From: Candidatus Latescibacterota bacterium
GTDB lineage: Bacteria > Latescibacterota > UBA2968 > UBA8231
Direction of reading: 5' to 3'
Assembly (NCBI GenBank): GCA_965261395.1
Contig: OZ253462.1
Location: 1,504,001 to 1,568,000 of the forward strand
Length of the DNA: 64,000 nucleotides
The notes beneath the pieces were generated by a model. The model was not told the origin of the DNA and did no database searches. It saw only the letters and a program-made list of their open reading frames with translations. This document shows positions 53,402 through 61,512 of this stretch, piece by piece. Position 1 is the stretch's first letter. Each line of letters begins with the position of its first letter. The position numbers were made by a program, and so were the translations under genes.

Positions 53402-53469
53402 AAGGGTGGGTTGGTGCAGAAGGGCACGTAGGGACGGCTTGCGAACCGCCCCTAAGCACGAGGCGCGAT
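53402..53469. repeat. 68-bp repeat copy 2, containing a REP palindrome
   Basis: AAGGGTGGGTTGGTGCAGAAGGGCACGTAGGGACGG...CCGCCCCTAAGCACGAGGCGCGAT. Confidence 0.85.
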
Positions 53470-54404
53470 TAATGAGTGCCCGTTGAAAGCAGCGATTTGA
53501 TCTGTCCCCACGACTGGGCTTCGACGCTCGTAGCAGCAGGGAGCGCCGGTCGCCAAGCGGGCGAGTGTCCACCTAAGCCGTTGGTCAGATTGAACAAGTG
53601 GCTCCCGTCTATATCAACGGCCCATACCTCCCTAAAGCCGTCGCTAGTGGTAAAAGAAGTGAAGGCTACCCTCGTGCTGTTGGGTGCCCAAGTGAAGTCT
53701 TCGTATGGGACCATTACGCTGATGTCGGGATGCCAGAAAGGTTGATCGGGGTTAGGCAGATCGGGCAGGGGAATGATCCGAAAGAACGAGGCCCCATGAA
53801 TGAACGAAGACTCATCTTCCCTGACATCGCGGATATAGAGGCGGGCGATATTCTCTTCGTCCCCTTTTTCCCGCAGCACGATGCCTGCTTCTTTGTTCCC
53901 ATCCGGGGAAAGACTGGTGCGTGGCACCTCTCTCCAGTCCACGGGCGAGGAGTCACTTCCGTCCAGCGCCATAACGAAATATACACCTGTATCAGGACCG
54001 TCCCACTCGTCTGGAATCGGCCCGGTCGGGACGGCGGTATAGTAAAGGCTACGCCCGTCTTCAGACCACCAAAGCCTCAATTTTTCGACTGAATCGTCTG
54101 TCACCTGTTGCGGATTACTGCCGTCGGCGTCCATCAACCAAATCTCCCCGCCATACGGCCAAGTCTCATCGTCGTCAACGTCAATATAGGCGATCTTCGT
54201 TCCATCCGGGGACCAAACCGGGCTAGCGCAATACCGTCCTTGGGTCAGGTTTACGGGGTCGCTCCCGTCCGCATTCATAATCCACACGTCATCGTACCCG
54301 TCGCGGTGGGAGATAAATGCTATTTTACCGTCGGCTTGTCCCCAGCCAGCGACGGCCAATCCCAGCGTTGCCAAGCAGGCGATCAGTAGAGACCGATAGT
54401 TCAT
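53469..54404 (-). CDS. Secreted TolB-like (PD40) beta-propeller, paralog B, SWGQIK tail
   Basis: Signal peptide, KIAFIS, WIMNADGS, WSPDGTKIAY. Confidence 0.85.
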   Translation of the reverse strand: MNYRSLLIACLATLGLAVAGWGQADGKIAFISHRDGYDDVWIMNADGSDPVNLTQGRYCASPVWSPDGTKIAYIDVDDDETWPYGGEIWLMDADGSNPQQVTDDSVEKLRLWWSEDGRSLYYTAVPTGPIPDEWDGPDTGVYFVMALDGSDSSPVDWREVPRTSLSPDGNKEAGIVLREKGDEENIARLYIRDVREDESSFIHGASFFRIIPLPDLPNPDQPFWHPDISVMVPYEDFTWAPNSTRVAFTSFTTSDGFREVWAVDIDGSHLFNLTNGLGGHSPAWRPALPAATSVEAQSWGQIKSLLSTGTH

Positions 54405-54449
54405 AACGTGGCTCTTTTCAGAAGGATGAATGGGACGGTTAGATGTATG

Positions 54450-55316
54450 TCATGGGGCTGAAAGTAGCGATTTGATCCGTCCCCACGACTGGGCTTCGAC
54501 GCTCGTAGCAGCAGGAAGCGCCGGTCGCCAAGCGGGAGAGTGTCCACCTAAGCCGTTGGTCAATTCGACCCAGTTGTCCCCGTCTGTATCAGCCGCCCAA
54601 ATCTCAGACTGACCCATGAAATCGAGAAAACCAGAAAAGGCTATTCTCAGCCCGTCGGGCGACCAAGTAGGAAACGTTCGCCAATTTTCGTAGGGTTCGG
54701 TGTATATCAGTTTATTCTGGAGTGATTCAGGTAGGAGATAACCTGGGTGCATGTGATCACTGGCACTGGTGCGGATGTAGAAATTGACATGCTTATGGCC
54801 CCCTCCATCCCACAACGAGACGGTTGCTAGTAGGGTTCCGTCTGGAGAAACACCAGGGAGGAAGCGGCTATATACCTCTCTCCAGTCCACAGGCGACGCG
54901 CCACTGCCGTCCAGCGCCGTAACAAACGCATCAGGGCCGTCCCACTCGTCCGGAAGCGGCAAAGTCACGACGGCTACATAGTAAATGCCCCTCCCGTCTT
55001 CAGACCAAAAAAGCCGCGCTTTATCGACCGAACCGTCTGTCACCTGTTGCGGATTACTGCCATCGGCGTCCATCAACCAGATTTCGCCACTGGCAATATA
55101 GGCGATCTGCGTGCCATCTGGAGACCAAGCCGGGCTAGCGCAATCCCGTCCTTGGGTTAGGTTTATGGGATTGCTCCCATCCGCATTCATAATCCACACA
55201 TCACCGTACCCTGCGCGGTCGGAGATAAATGCGATTTTATCGCCGGCTTGCCCCCAGCCAGCGACAGCCAGTCCTAGCGTTGCCAAGCAGACGATCAGTA
55301 TGGATCGATAGTTCAT
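54450..55316 (-). CDS. Secreted TolB-like (PD40) beta-propeller, paralog A, SWGRIK tail
   Basis: Same N- and C-termini as paralog B; WSPDG repeats. Confidence 0.85.
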   Translation of the reverse strand: MNYRSILIVCLATLGLAVAGWGQAGDKIAFISDRAGYGDVWIMNADGSNPINLTQGRDCASPAWSPDGTQIAYIASGEIWLMDADGSNPQQVTDGSVDKARLFWSEDGRGIYYVAVVTLPLPDEWDGPDAFVTALDGSGASPVDWREVYSRFLPGVSPDGTLLATVSLWDGGGHKHVNFYIRTSASDHMHPGYLLPESLQNKLIYTEPYENWRTFPTWSPDGLRIAFSGFLDFMGQSEIWAADTDGDNWVELTNGLGGHSPAWRPALPAATSVEAQSWGRIKSLLSAP

Positions 55317-55472
55317 AACGCGGCTCCTTTCGCATGGCGGGATTGAGTAAGAAGAGTTCATAACACATCTCCTTTCAGATGGAGGGATTGGGTAAGAGTC
55401 TCTAACAAACCCTTTTTATGACGTTTAGGCTGATCTATATTCGATTCTTCGATGACGAATCAATTAGATATA

Positions 55473-55488
55473 AGCATACTTCGTGCCA
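55473..55488 (-). promoter_or_regulatory. Sigma54 (-24/-12) promoter
   Basis: TGGCAC-GAAGT-ATGCT on the minus strand, with correct GG-N10-GC spacing. Confidence 0.8.
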
Positions 55489-55504
55489 CACAGCAGACCC
55501 CGCA

Positions 55505-55538
55505 CAAAAAAATCCTTTGGGATATACCCTAAAGGATT
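55505..55538 (-). terminator. Probable intrinsic terminator of the activator gene
   Basis: AATCCTTTAGGG-TATAT-CCCAAAGGATT followed by a T run on the minus strand. Confidence 0.55.
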
Positions 55539-55622
55539 GGAAAACATAGCGGTTATATAGCGTGAAACTTCTTTTTATTAGGCGTGACGTCCGTCGTCGT
55601 TACAAGTTGATCTAAAAGATTC

Positions 55623-55677
55623 CGTATTTAATACGACTTTTTCCGTATTTAATACGATTCTCTTCGTATTTAATACG
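55623..55677. promoter_or_regulatory. Three phased palindromes, putative upstream activator sequences
   Basis: CGTATTTAATACG at 55623, 55644 and 55665 (exact 21-bp period). Confidence 0.75.
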
Positions 55678-55725
55678 ACTTTTCACCAACAGCGCAATGG
55701 TCCTAGTAGGTCGCGGCTTTCCCCT

Positions 55726-58700
55726 TTAAAGCCCTTTCTTCGGTCGTTGCAACCCGAACACGCGCATGCGGGAACGCAGTCGCTCCGGGTTCATGCCCAA
55801 CAAGTGCGCCGCGCCCCGCTCTCCATAGATCTTCCCCTCGGTAGCTTGGAGCGCCTCCACGATTTGCTGTTTCTCGTCTTTGAATTTGGCTGCAACCGGC
55901 GGCTCAAACGGCCTTTCTTTGGCCTCGTCTTCAGCAGCCAGCGGCACATCCTCCACCTGAATAACCTCCTCTTGGCATAGCACCACCGCCCGCCGGATCA
56001 AATGCTCCAACTCGCGCACATTCCCCGGCCACGCGTATGCCTGCAAATGCTTCACTACTCCGTCGCCCAAAGCGGGCACCGGTCGCTGCAGACTTTGGGC
56101 ATACCGACGCGCAAAATGCGCCGCCAAGACCGGGATGTCCTCCCGACGCTCCCGTAGCGGCGGCAGCTTCACTGGCCACACGCTCAAGCGGTAGAACAGA
56201 TCTTCCCGGAACGTTCCCGCCCGGATCTCCTGTTTCAGATCCTTGTTGGTCGCCGCAATCACCCGCACATCCACCGGGATGGACTGCTCGCCGCCGACGC
56301 GCGTCAGGTAGCGATTCTCCAGAATGCGGAGCAGTGCCTGTTGGACTTCTAACGACAGATCGCCGATTTCATCGAGGAACAAGGTGCCGTAGTTAGCTCG
56401 TTCAAAACAGCCGATATGCCGCTTCACGGCACCAGTAAAGGCCCCTCGCTCGTGGCCGAACAGCTCGCTCTCGATCAGCCCAGCGGGCAGGGAGCCGCAA
56501 TTGAGCGCGACAAAGGGCTGCCCTCGGCGCCGGCTCAGGTTGTGGATCCTCTGAGCCAGCACCCCCTTGCCCACCCCGGTCTCACCTAGCACCAGCATCG
56601 TCATATCGGTCTCGGCCATCTGTGCGACCTCCTCTAAGAGCTGGGTCATGACTTGGCTCTGGCTGAGAAAATCCTGATCCGAAGCCCGCAGCATGTGCAT
56701 GTGTTCTAGGCGCTGGAGGCGTGCGCTCTTCTCGTCGGGGAACACCTGCACATCGAGGCTGGCGACATCCGACATGAGGCCATCCCGATCTAAGGCCCGC
56801 ACCTCAAAGCAGAATTGGCCAACCGGTACGCGGTGGTACGACACTCTGTTGGAAGGGGTGAACGCACTCCACTCTTCCGCCGGGTCGTAGCCGACGAGCC
56901 GGTGACTATAGCGCATCTGCTCGGCCCCGCTCCTGAAGCTGAGGCCCTGGAAGTGGAACTGAATCTCGGGAGTGCTATCCGAGCAGGACACGGCTTGGGG
57001 CATCTCCAAGAGTCTTCCTGCCATGACTTGGCGGATCACGACACCTGGGGGTGTATCCCCAGGCTGGTATGCAATCAGCCCCGCCCTCGTCCCGAACCAC
57101 AACCGGCCCCGGCTATCGCGCAGGATGGCCTCGACAATATTCTCGAGGGTGGACTTGCCCAAACGGATGCTCTGAAACACTCGACCATCGTACTTCAGCA
57201 CGCCCCCACCGCTCGTCCCAATCCACAGACACTCCTGCTGGGGGTCAGCTACCAGAGCCAAGATGCTATTGACGGACAGATCGCCTTGGTCTGCCGTAAA
57301 CCGACGCACCTGCTGAGCGCGGTAGTCAAAGGCGAAAAGGCCGTTGGCCGTCCCGATCCAAAGCGTGCCCTCGTAGTCGCACAACGCGCTCACATAAGCG
57401 ACAGTTTCTATCCCGGCCATGTCAGACGCGTGGAAATGGCCGTCTTTGTAATAGTACAGAGCCGGCGTTGTCCCATAGCTACCGATCCACAAGGTGCCTT
57501 CGCGATCCTGCAACGCGACTCGGCAACAATCAGGTCCCTGCTTCTCGGCTATAAAGCGGTCGTCTTCTATCCTGCCCAAGCATCCCCCGGAAGTGCCGAC
57601 CCTTATGCACCCTTCCCGGTCTGGGTATAGATTGATTTCTTCGTAGCCGTTGTCTTTTGCCACCTCGATCACTTGGGCCTCTTTCCCCACCCCTTTAATT
57701 ACTTTGCCCTCGGGACTCCCGCGCCAGACTTGCCCCTCGCGATCTATCGCCAACGCCGTGACCTTGTGCCCGGTATCCACCGGGCGAATCCGGTCGTCTT
57801 CAAGACAGGCTAGCCCTCCCATCGTGCCGATCCAGACCCGGCCTTGGTGGTCTTCCCTTAGCTGTTGGACCTCGCGGTCAGGTAGGCCGTCGGCTTCGGT
57901 GTATAGCTGGACGCTGACCGGATCGCAAAAAACCAGCCCGCCGCCCCACAGTCCCACCCAGATATTTCCTTCGCGGTCCGCGTAGGTCAGCCGCGCATCC
58001 GAAAAGTGAATATCCGGCAAGCCGGCTGAAAAAGGATGCCATTCCTTCCCGTCGTACACTAGCACTCCCCGGCGAGTCATCCACAGCCAACCTCTATCGT
58101 CCAAGCGCACATGGCGCGTGCCGTGATTTACAGCCTCCGTCCCTTCGATAGCTGCGTCCGCATTGATCAGGTCGAGTTGTTGGCTGTCTGGATCATAGCG
58201 GCCGATAACGGCTTCGGTACCAACGTAGCGAAAAGCGATCCACAGAGGGCCGGAGGCGTCTTGGGCGAATTTCCACGGCCACTGCATTGCGCCGTTCTCC
58301 GCGCTCATGCGTCGACCGTCTAGGCTAATGACTCCCCACTTCAGCGTCGCCAGCCACGTCGTACCCGTCGCGTCGGTCGCCATATCGAACACCCGCCCTA
58401 GCGGCTGATCCACAATTTCTGTCACGCGCTCTACGCATCGCCCCTCGACAAACCAGCCTATCCCTGCGTCGGTCAGAACCCGTATCGAACCATCGGCTTG
58501 GGATTGCATGCCCAATATGTCGTTGGAGGGCAGCCCGTGCTCGGTGGTGTACACCTGAAAACCACGCCCGTCGTATGCAGCTAGCCCGCCTCCCAGCGTA
58601 CCGAAGAGCAGCCGCCCGTCCGCGTCCTCGGCAATGGTCATTACCGTGAGACTGGGTAGCCCGTCCGACAGGCCAAAGGTATCGAAATGTGCTCCGTCGA

Positions 58701-58875
58701 ACCGACTTACGCCGCCGTCGGCCGTGGCGATCCAGAGCAGGCCGAGCTGATCTTGATAGATGTCTTCCACCTGCATCCCAGCCAGCCCGTCGAAAACCGT
58801 GTACTGGTGCCCTATGATGCGATCAAAGGGGCTTCTCTGTCTTGGGGTTCTTGCGGGTCCGCTCGCGTCGTTCAC
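55726..58875 (-). CDS. Sigma54 enhancer-binding protein with an N-terminal Reg_prop beta-propeller/Y_Y_Y sensor
   Basis: Probable GTG at 58875; many DGL...D..G.LWIGT repeats, YSHRLVG..W..FEVRA; GETGVGK, ESELFGHERGAFTGA, LFLDEIG, FREDLFYRL, WPGNVREL, C-terminal HTH. Confidence 0.9.
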   Translation of the reverse strand: MNDASGPARTPRQRSPFDRIIGHQYTVFDGLAGMQVEDIYQDQLGLLWIATADGGVSRFDGAHFDTFGLSDGLPSLTVMTIAEDADGRLLFGTLGGGLAAYDGRGFQVYTTEHGLPSNDILGMQSQADGSIRVLTDAGIGWFVEGRCVERVTEIVDQPLGRVFDMATDATGTTWLATLKWGVISLDGRRMSAENGAMQWPWKFAQDASGPLWIAFRYVGTEAVIGRYDPDSQQLDLINADAAIEGTEAVNHGTRHVRLDDRGWLWMTRRGVLVYDGKEWHPFSAGLPDIHFSDARLTYADREGNIWVGLWGGGLVFCDPVSVQLYTEADGLPDREVQQLREDHQGRVWIGTMGGLACLEDDRIRPVDTGHKVTALAIDREGQVWRGSPEGKVIKGVGKEAQVIEVAKDNGYEEINLYPDREGCIRVGTSGGCLGRIEDDRFIAEKQGPDCCRVALQDREGTLWIGSYGTTPALYYYKDGHFHASDMAGIETVAYVSALCDYEGTLWIGTANGLFAFDYRAQQVRRFTADQGDLSVNSILALVADPQQECLWIGTSGGGVLKYDGRVFQSIRLGKSTLENIVEAILRDSRGRLWFGTRAGLIAYQPGDTPPGVVIRQVMAGRLLEMPQAVSCSDSTPEIQFHFQGLSFRSGAEQMRYSHRLVGYDPAEEWSAFTPSNRVSYHRVPVGQFCFEVRALDRDGLMSDVASLDVQVFPDEKSARLQRLEHMHMLRASDQDFLSQSQVMTQLLEEVAQMAETDMTMLVLGETGVGKGVLAQRIHNLSRRRGQPFVALNCGSLPAGLIESELFGHERGAFTGAVKRHIGCFERANYGTLFLDEIGDLSLEVQQALLRILENRYLTRVGGEQSIPVDVRVIAATNKDLKQEIRAGTFREDLFYRLSVWPVKLPPLRERREDIPVLAAHFARRYAQSLQRPVPALGDGVVKHLQAYAWPGNVRELEHLIRRAVVLCQEEVIQVEDVPLAAEDEAKERPFEPPVAAKFKDEKQQIVEALQATEGKIYGERGAAHLLGMNPERLRSRMRVFGLQRPKKGL

Positions 58876-59151
58876 CTCCGCCCTTTCTTTTCTAAAATTA
58901 TGATCGATTTGATCCATCCCCACGACTGGGCCTCGACGCTCGTAGCGGAAGGGGAGGCTGGTCGCCAAGCGGGCCATCTTCCGCCCGAGCCGTTGGTCAA
59001 ATTGACCAAGTTGCTCCCGTCTATATCAACTACCCAAATATCAAACGGGCCGACCCTACTGGGACCAGAAGCGAAGGCTATTCTCATGCCGTCCGGTGCC
59101 GGCCTGCCCCAGTGTTGCCAAGCAGACGATCAGTATGGACCGATAGTTCAT
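58872..59151 (-). pseudogene. Collapsed third TolB-like paralog
   Basis: MNYRSILIVCLATLG joined out of frame to PDGMRIAF...NLTNG...ATSVEAQSWGWIKS. Confidence 0.85.
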
Positions 59152-59203
59152 GATGTGGCTCCTTGCAAATGAGCGGATTGGGCAGGGCGTTAATAGTTGC
59201 TAG

Positions 59204-59233
59204 ATTATACAAGAAACCACGATTGCGCTGCAA
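59204..59233 (-). promoter_or_regulatory. Sigma70-like promoter for the remnant + activator operon
   Basis: TTGCAG-N18-TATAAT on the minus strand. Confidence 0.5.
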
Positions 59234-59373
59234 TAAGGTAGGTTATGATCCCCATGCGAAAGCGACCCGTGGGCAAGAGGCCCTCGATTCCACGTTATTT
59301 TTTGCATACAAGGGGCGGCTCTCCGAATTTTCAGACAGTTTCTCAAGGCATTCACTGCCACGAAAGGCATTCC

Positions 59374-60486
59374 ATGCACATCACCAAAGTCGAAATACGC
59401 ACCGTAGCCCCGCCGGTTGACCGCTTCACCTGGTCGGACGATCTACCGGATCAGTACTCGACCAACACGGTCGTCAGGATCTATACAGACGAGGGCGTCG
59501 AGGGCGTAGCTGGCGTCTGGAACGCGACCTCGTATGACTTCGAGCGCTATACCGCCGAATCCATACGCCATCTAGCCCCCATCCTGCTGGGCAAGGACCC
59601 GCTCCTGCGGGAGCATATCTGGCACGAGATCAGGCCGCGCGTCTTTCCGCTGCCGCCCCAGTCGTTGGCCGCCATCGACATCGCCCTGTGGGATTTGGCC
59701 GGCAAGGTAGCGGGACTGCCGCTCTACCGGCTGTTGGGCGGAGCGCGCGACAAAATCCCTGCCTATGCCAGCACCCCGCTCTTTGAGGATGTTGAATCCT
59801 ATCTGAAGAATGCCGAGGAGTTCATCGCCCAAGGCTTCAAGGCCATCAAGTTCCACACTTGGTGCATTCCCGAGCTGGATCTCGAACTCGCCCGCGCCGT
59901 CAGAAAGCAGTACCCCGGCAACGACGTCGCCTTCATGCTCGACGCCGAGAACAACTACGACCGCGACGGCGCCCTGCGAGTCGCTCAAGAACTCGAAGCA
60001 ATGGGCTTTACGTGGTTTGAGGCCCCGCTGCACGACTCGGACCTCGACGGCTACCGAGAGCTGACGAGCCGGGTAACCATACCCATCCTCCCGTCCGGCA
60101 ACTGGTTTCAGGACCTCCACACCTTTGCCGAAGCCCTTCATTCAAAAGCGTGGGGACGCGCCCGCACCGACGCGGCCATGATGGGCGGGATAACGCAGAC
60201 CAACAAAGCAATCGCCCTCACCGAAGCGGCTGGCATGAAATGCGAGATCATGTCGTGGGGATACAGCCTAGTGTCGGCAGCCAACCTGCACCTGATGCTG
60301 GCTCACGACAACTGCTCCTATTTCGAGCAGTCGGTTCCCTGCGAACCCTACGAATACGGAATGCAGGACGTCATCCGCGCCCAACCCGACGGCTATGCCT
60401 ATGCGCCCGCCGGGCCGGGCCTCGGCCTCGCCGTGGACTGGGAGGCCATGGAAGCGGCCACCATCCACTCGATTGTCGTCGAGTGA
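59374..60486 (+). CDS. Mandelate racemase / muconate lactonizing enzyme family protein
   Basis: AIDIALWDLAGK, PAYAS, KAIKFH, MLDAE, WFEAP, GPGLG. Confidence 0.9.
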   Translation: MHITKVEIRTVAPPVDRFTWSDDLPDQYSTNTVVRIYTDEGVEGVAGVWNATSYDFERYTAESIRHLAPILLGKDPLLREHIWHEIRPRVFPLPPQSLAAIDIALWDLAGKVAGLPLYRLLGGARDKIPAYASTPLFEDVESYLKNAEEFIAQGFKAIKFHTWCIPELDLELARAVRKQYPGNDVAFMLDAENNYDRDGALRVAQELEAMGFTWFEAPLHDSDLDGYRELTSRVTIPILPSGNWFQDLHTFAEALHSKAWGRARTDAAMMGGITQTNKAIALTEAAGMKCEIMSWGYSLVSAANLHLMLAHDNCSYFEQSVPCEPYEYGMQDVIRAQPDGYAYAPAGPGLGLAVDWEAMEAATIHSIVVE

Positions 60487-60490
60487 ACGG

Positions 60491-61483
60491 CTACTCGCCG
60501 ATCATGGCAGCAGTAAGACGATCCAGAAGCGCATCGTCTGCTGGCAGCAGGCCGGAAGCCGGCAAACGCCGCAGTAAGTCGGCCCAGCGGTCGTGCTGCC
60601 CCTGCGCCCGTCGCAGGTAGGGCACGGCCTCCTCCTCACGGCCCTCGGAGGCCAAAGTCACCCCCACCCAGAAGGGAGCCTCGCCGCCCGTTGCCTCATC
60701 GGGCACCAGTTCCGTCGCTTCGCGGTAGGCGTCCATAGCTGCCGCCATGTCCCCCGCCGTCACCCATTCGTCGCCTTCGTTCAGCTTGTGGTAGGCCCGT
60801 GCCAGCCGCACCAAGCGGCGCAGTTCCTCCACCGGCTCGGGATGATCTTCCACGCGCAGGTCGAACACGCGATCAACCCACGGCCTGCCCGTATCCTCGG
60901 CGGAGACCACGAGGATGGCCGCGGACTGCCGACCGCGCAGATCTCCCCCCTCGGCCTCGGCTACCTCCAAAGCCACGAGCAGCCGCTCCGCCAAATCGCC
61001 TTCGGCGTTCTCGTAGGCGTGCGCCATGGCCGGCCACACGCTATCTCGGTCCATCAGATTCGCCTGAACGCTGTACTGGGCACCGGTCTGGTGGCCGGCA
61101 GCGGCGATGGCCCGCTCGCCCGTGTGGACGGCCACGTTCCCCTCGGCATCGACCATGGCCACTTGCCGCACCGCAGCATCGGCATCCCCTGCGAGCAGGG
61201 CGGTAAGCGCTGCCGACGCCGTCTTGCCCATGGCCATCAATTCGAGACCGAGCGGACCGTAGGCTGGGTCAACGAGGGATTGAGTGGCCACCGCGCCGAC
61301 GCCGGACCGGGCCCACGGAACGATAGGACCCACGGAAAACCAGTGGGACTGAACGGCGACGCCAAGCTGGCCGCTGAGAGAGTCGCGTGCGACGATGGAA
61401 TAGGTAGCCACGGGTCGCCGCCAGTCGGGTGCATCGGCCGCGGCTAGCTGGGCCGTGACGAGGATTAGGATGAGTAGGCGCAT
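60491..61483 (-). CDS. DUF1028 (Ntn-hydrolase-like) protein with signal peptide and TPR-like tail
   Basis: TYSIVARD, GAVATQS, GGDLRGRQSAA, DLRVEDHPEP. Confidence 0.9.
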   Translation of the reverse strand: MRLLILILVTAQLAAADAPDWRRPVATYSIVARDSLSGQLGVAVQSHWFSVGPIVPWARSGVGAVATQSLVDPAYGPLGLELMAMGKTASAALTALLAGDADAAVRQVAMVDAEGNVAVHTGERAIAAAGHQTGAQYSVQANLMDRDSVWPAMAHAYENAEGDLAERLLVALEVAEAEGGDLRGRQSAAILVVSAEDTGRPWVDRVFDLRVEDHPEPVEELRRLVRLARAYHKLNEGDEWVTAGDMAAAMDAYREATELVPDEATGGEAPFWVGVTLASEGREEEAVPYLRRAQGQHDRWADLLRRLPASGLLPADDALLDRLTAAMIGE

Positions 61484-61512
61484 GATTCCTCCCAAGTGTC
61501 GATAGATGGGGA

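Noticed and set aside
53469-55316. Paralog similarity as a diversity-generating retroelement TR/VR pair
   Set aside because: No reverse transcriptase, differences are not adenine-specific, and both copies are complete genes
55620-55685. Triple repeat as a CRISPR array or iterons
   Set aside because: Spacers are only 8 nt and similar to each other, and there is no cas or rep gene; its position fits enhancer sites
58876-58977. Extra N-terminus of the activator in the ORF track
   Set aside because: It lies within the TolB remnant; the RBS-like GGAG and GTGA coupling favour a start at 58875
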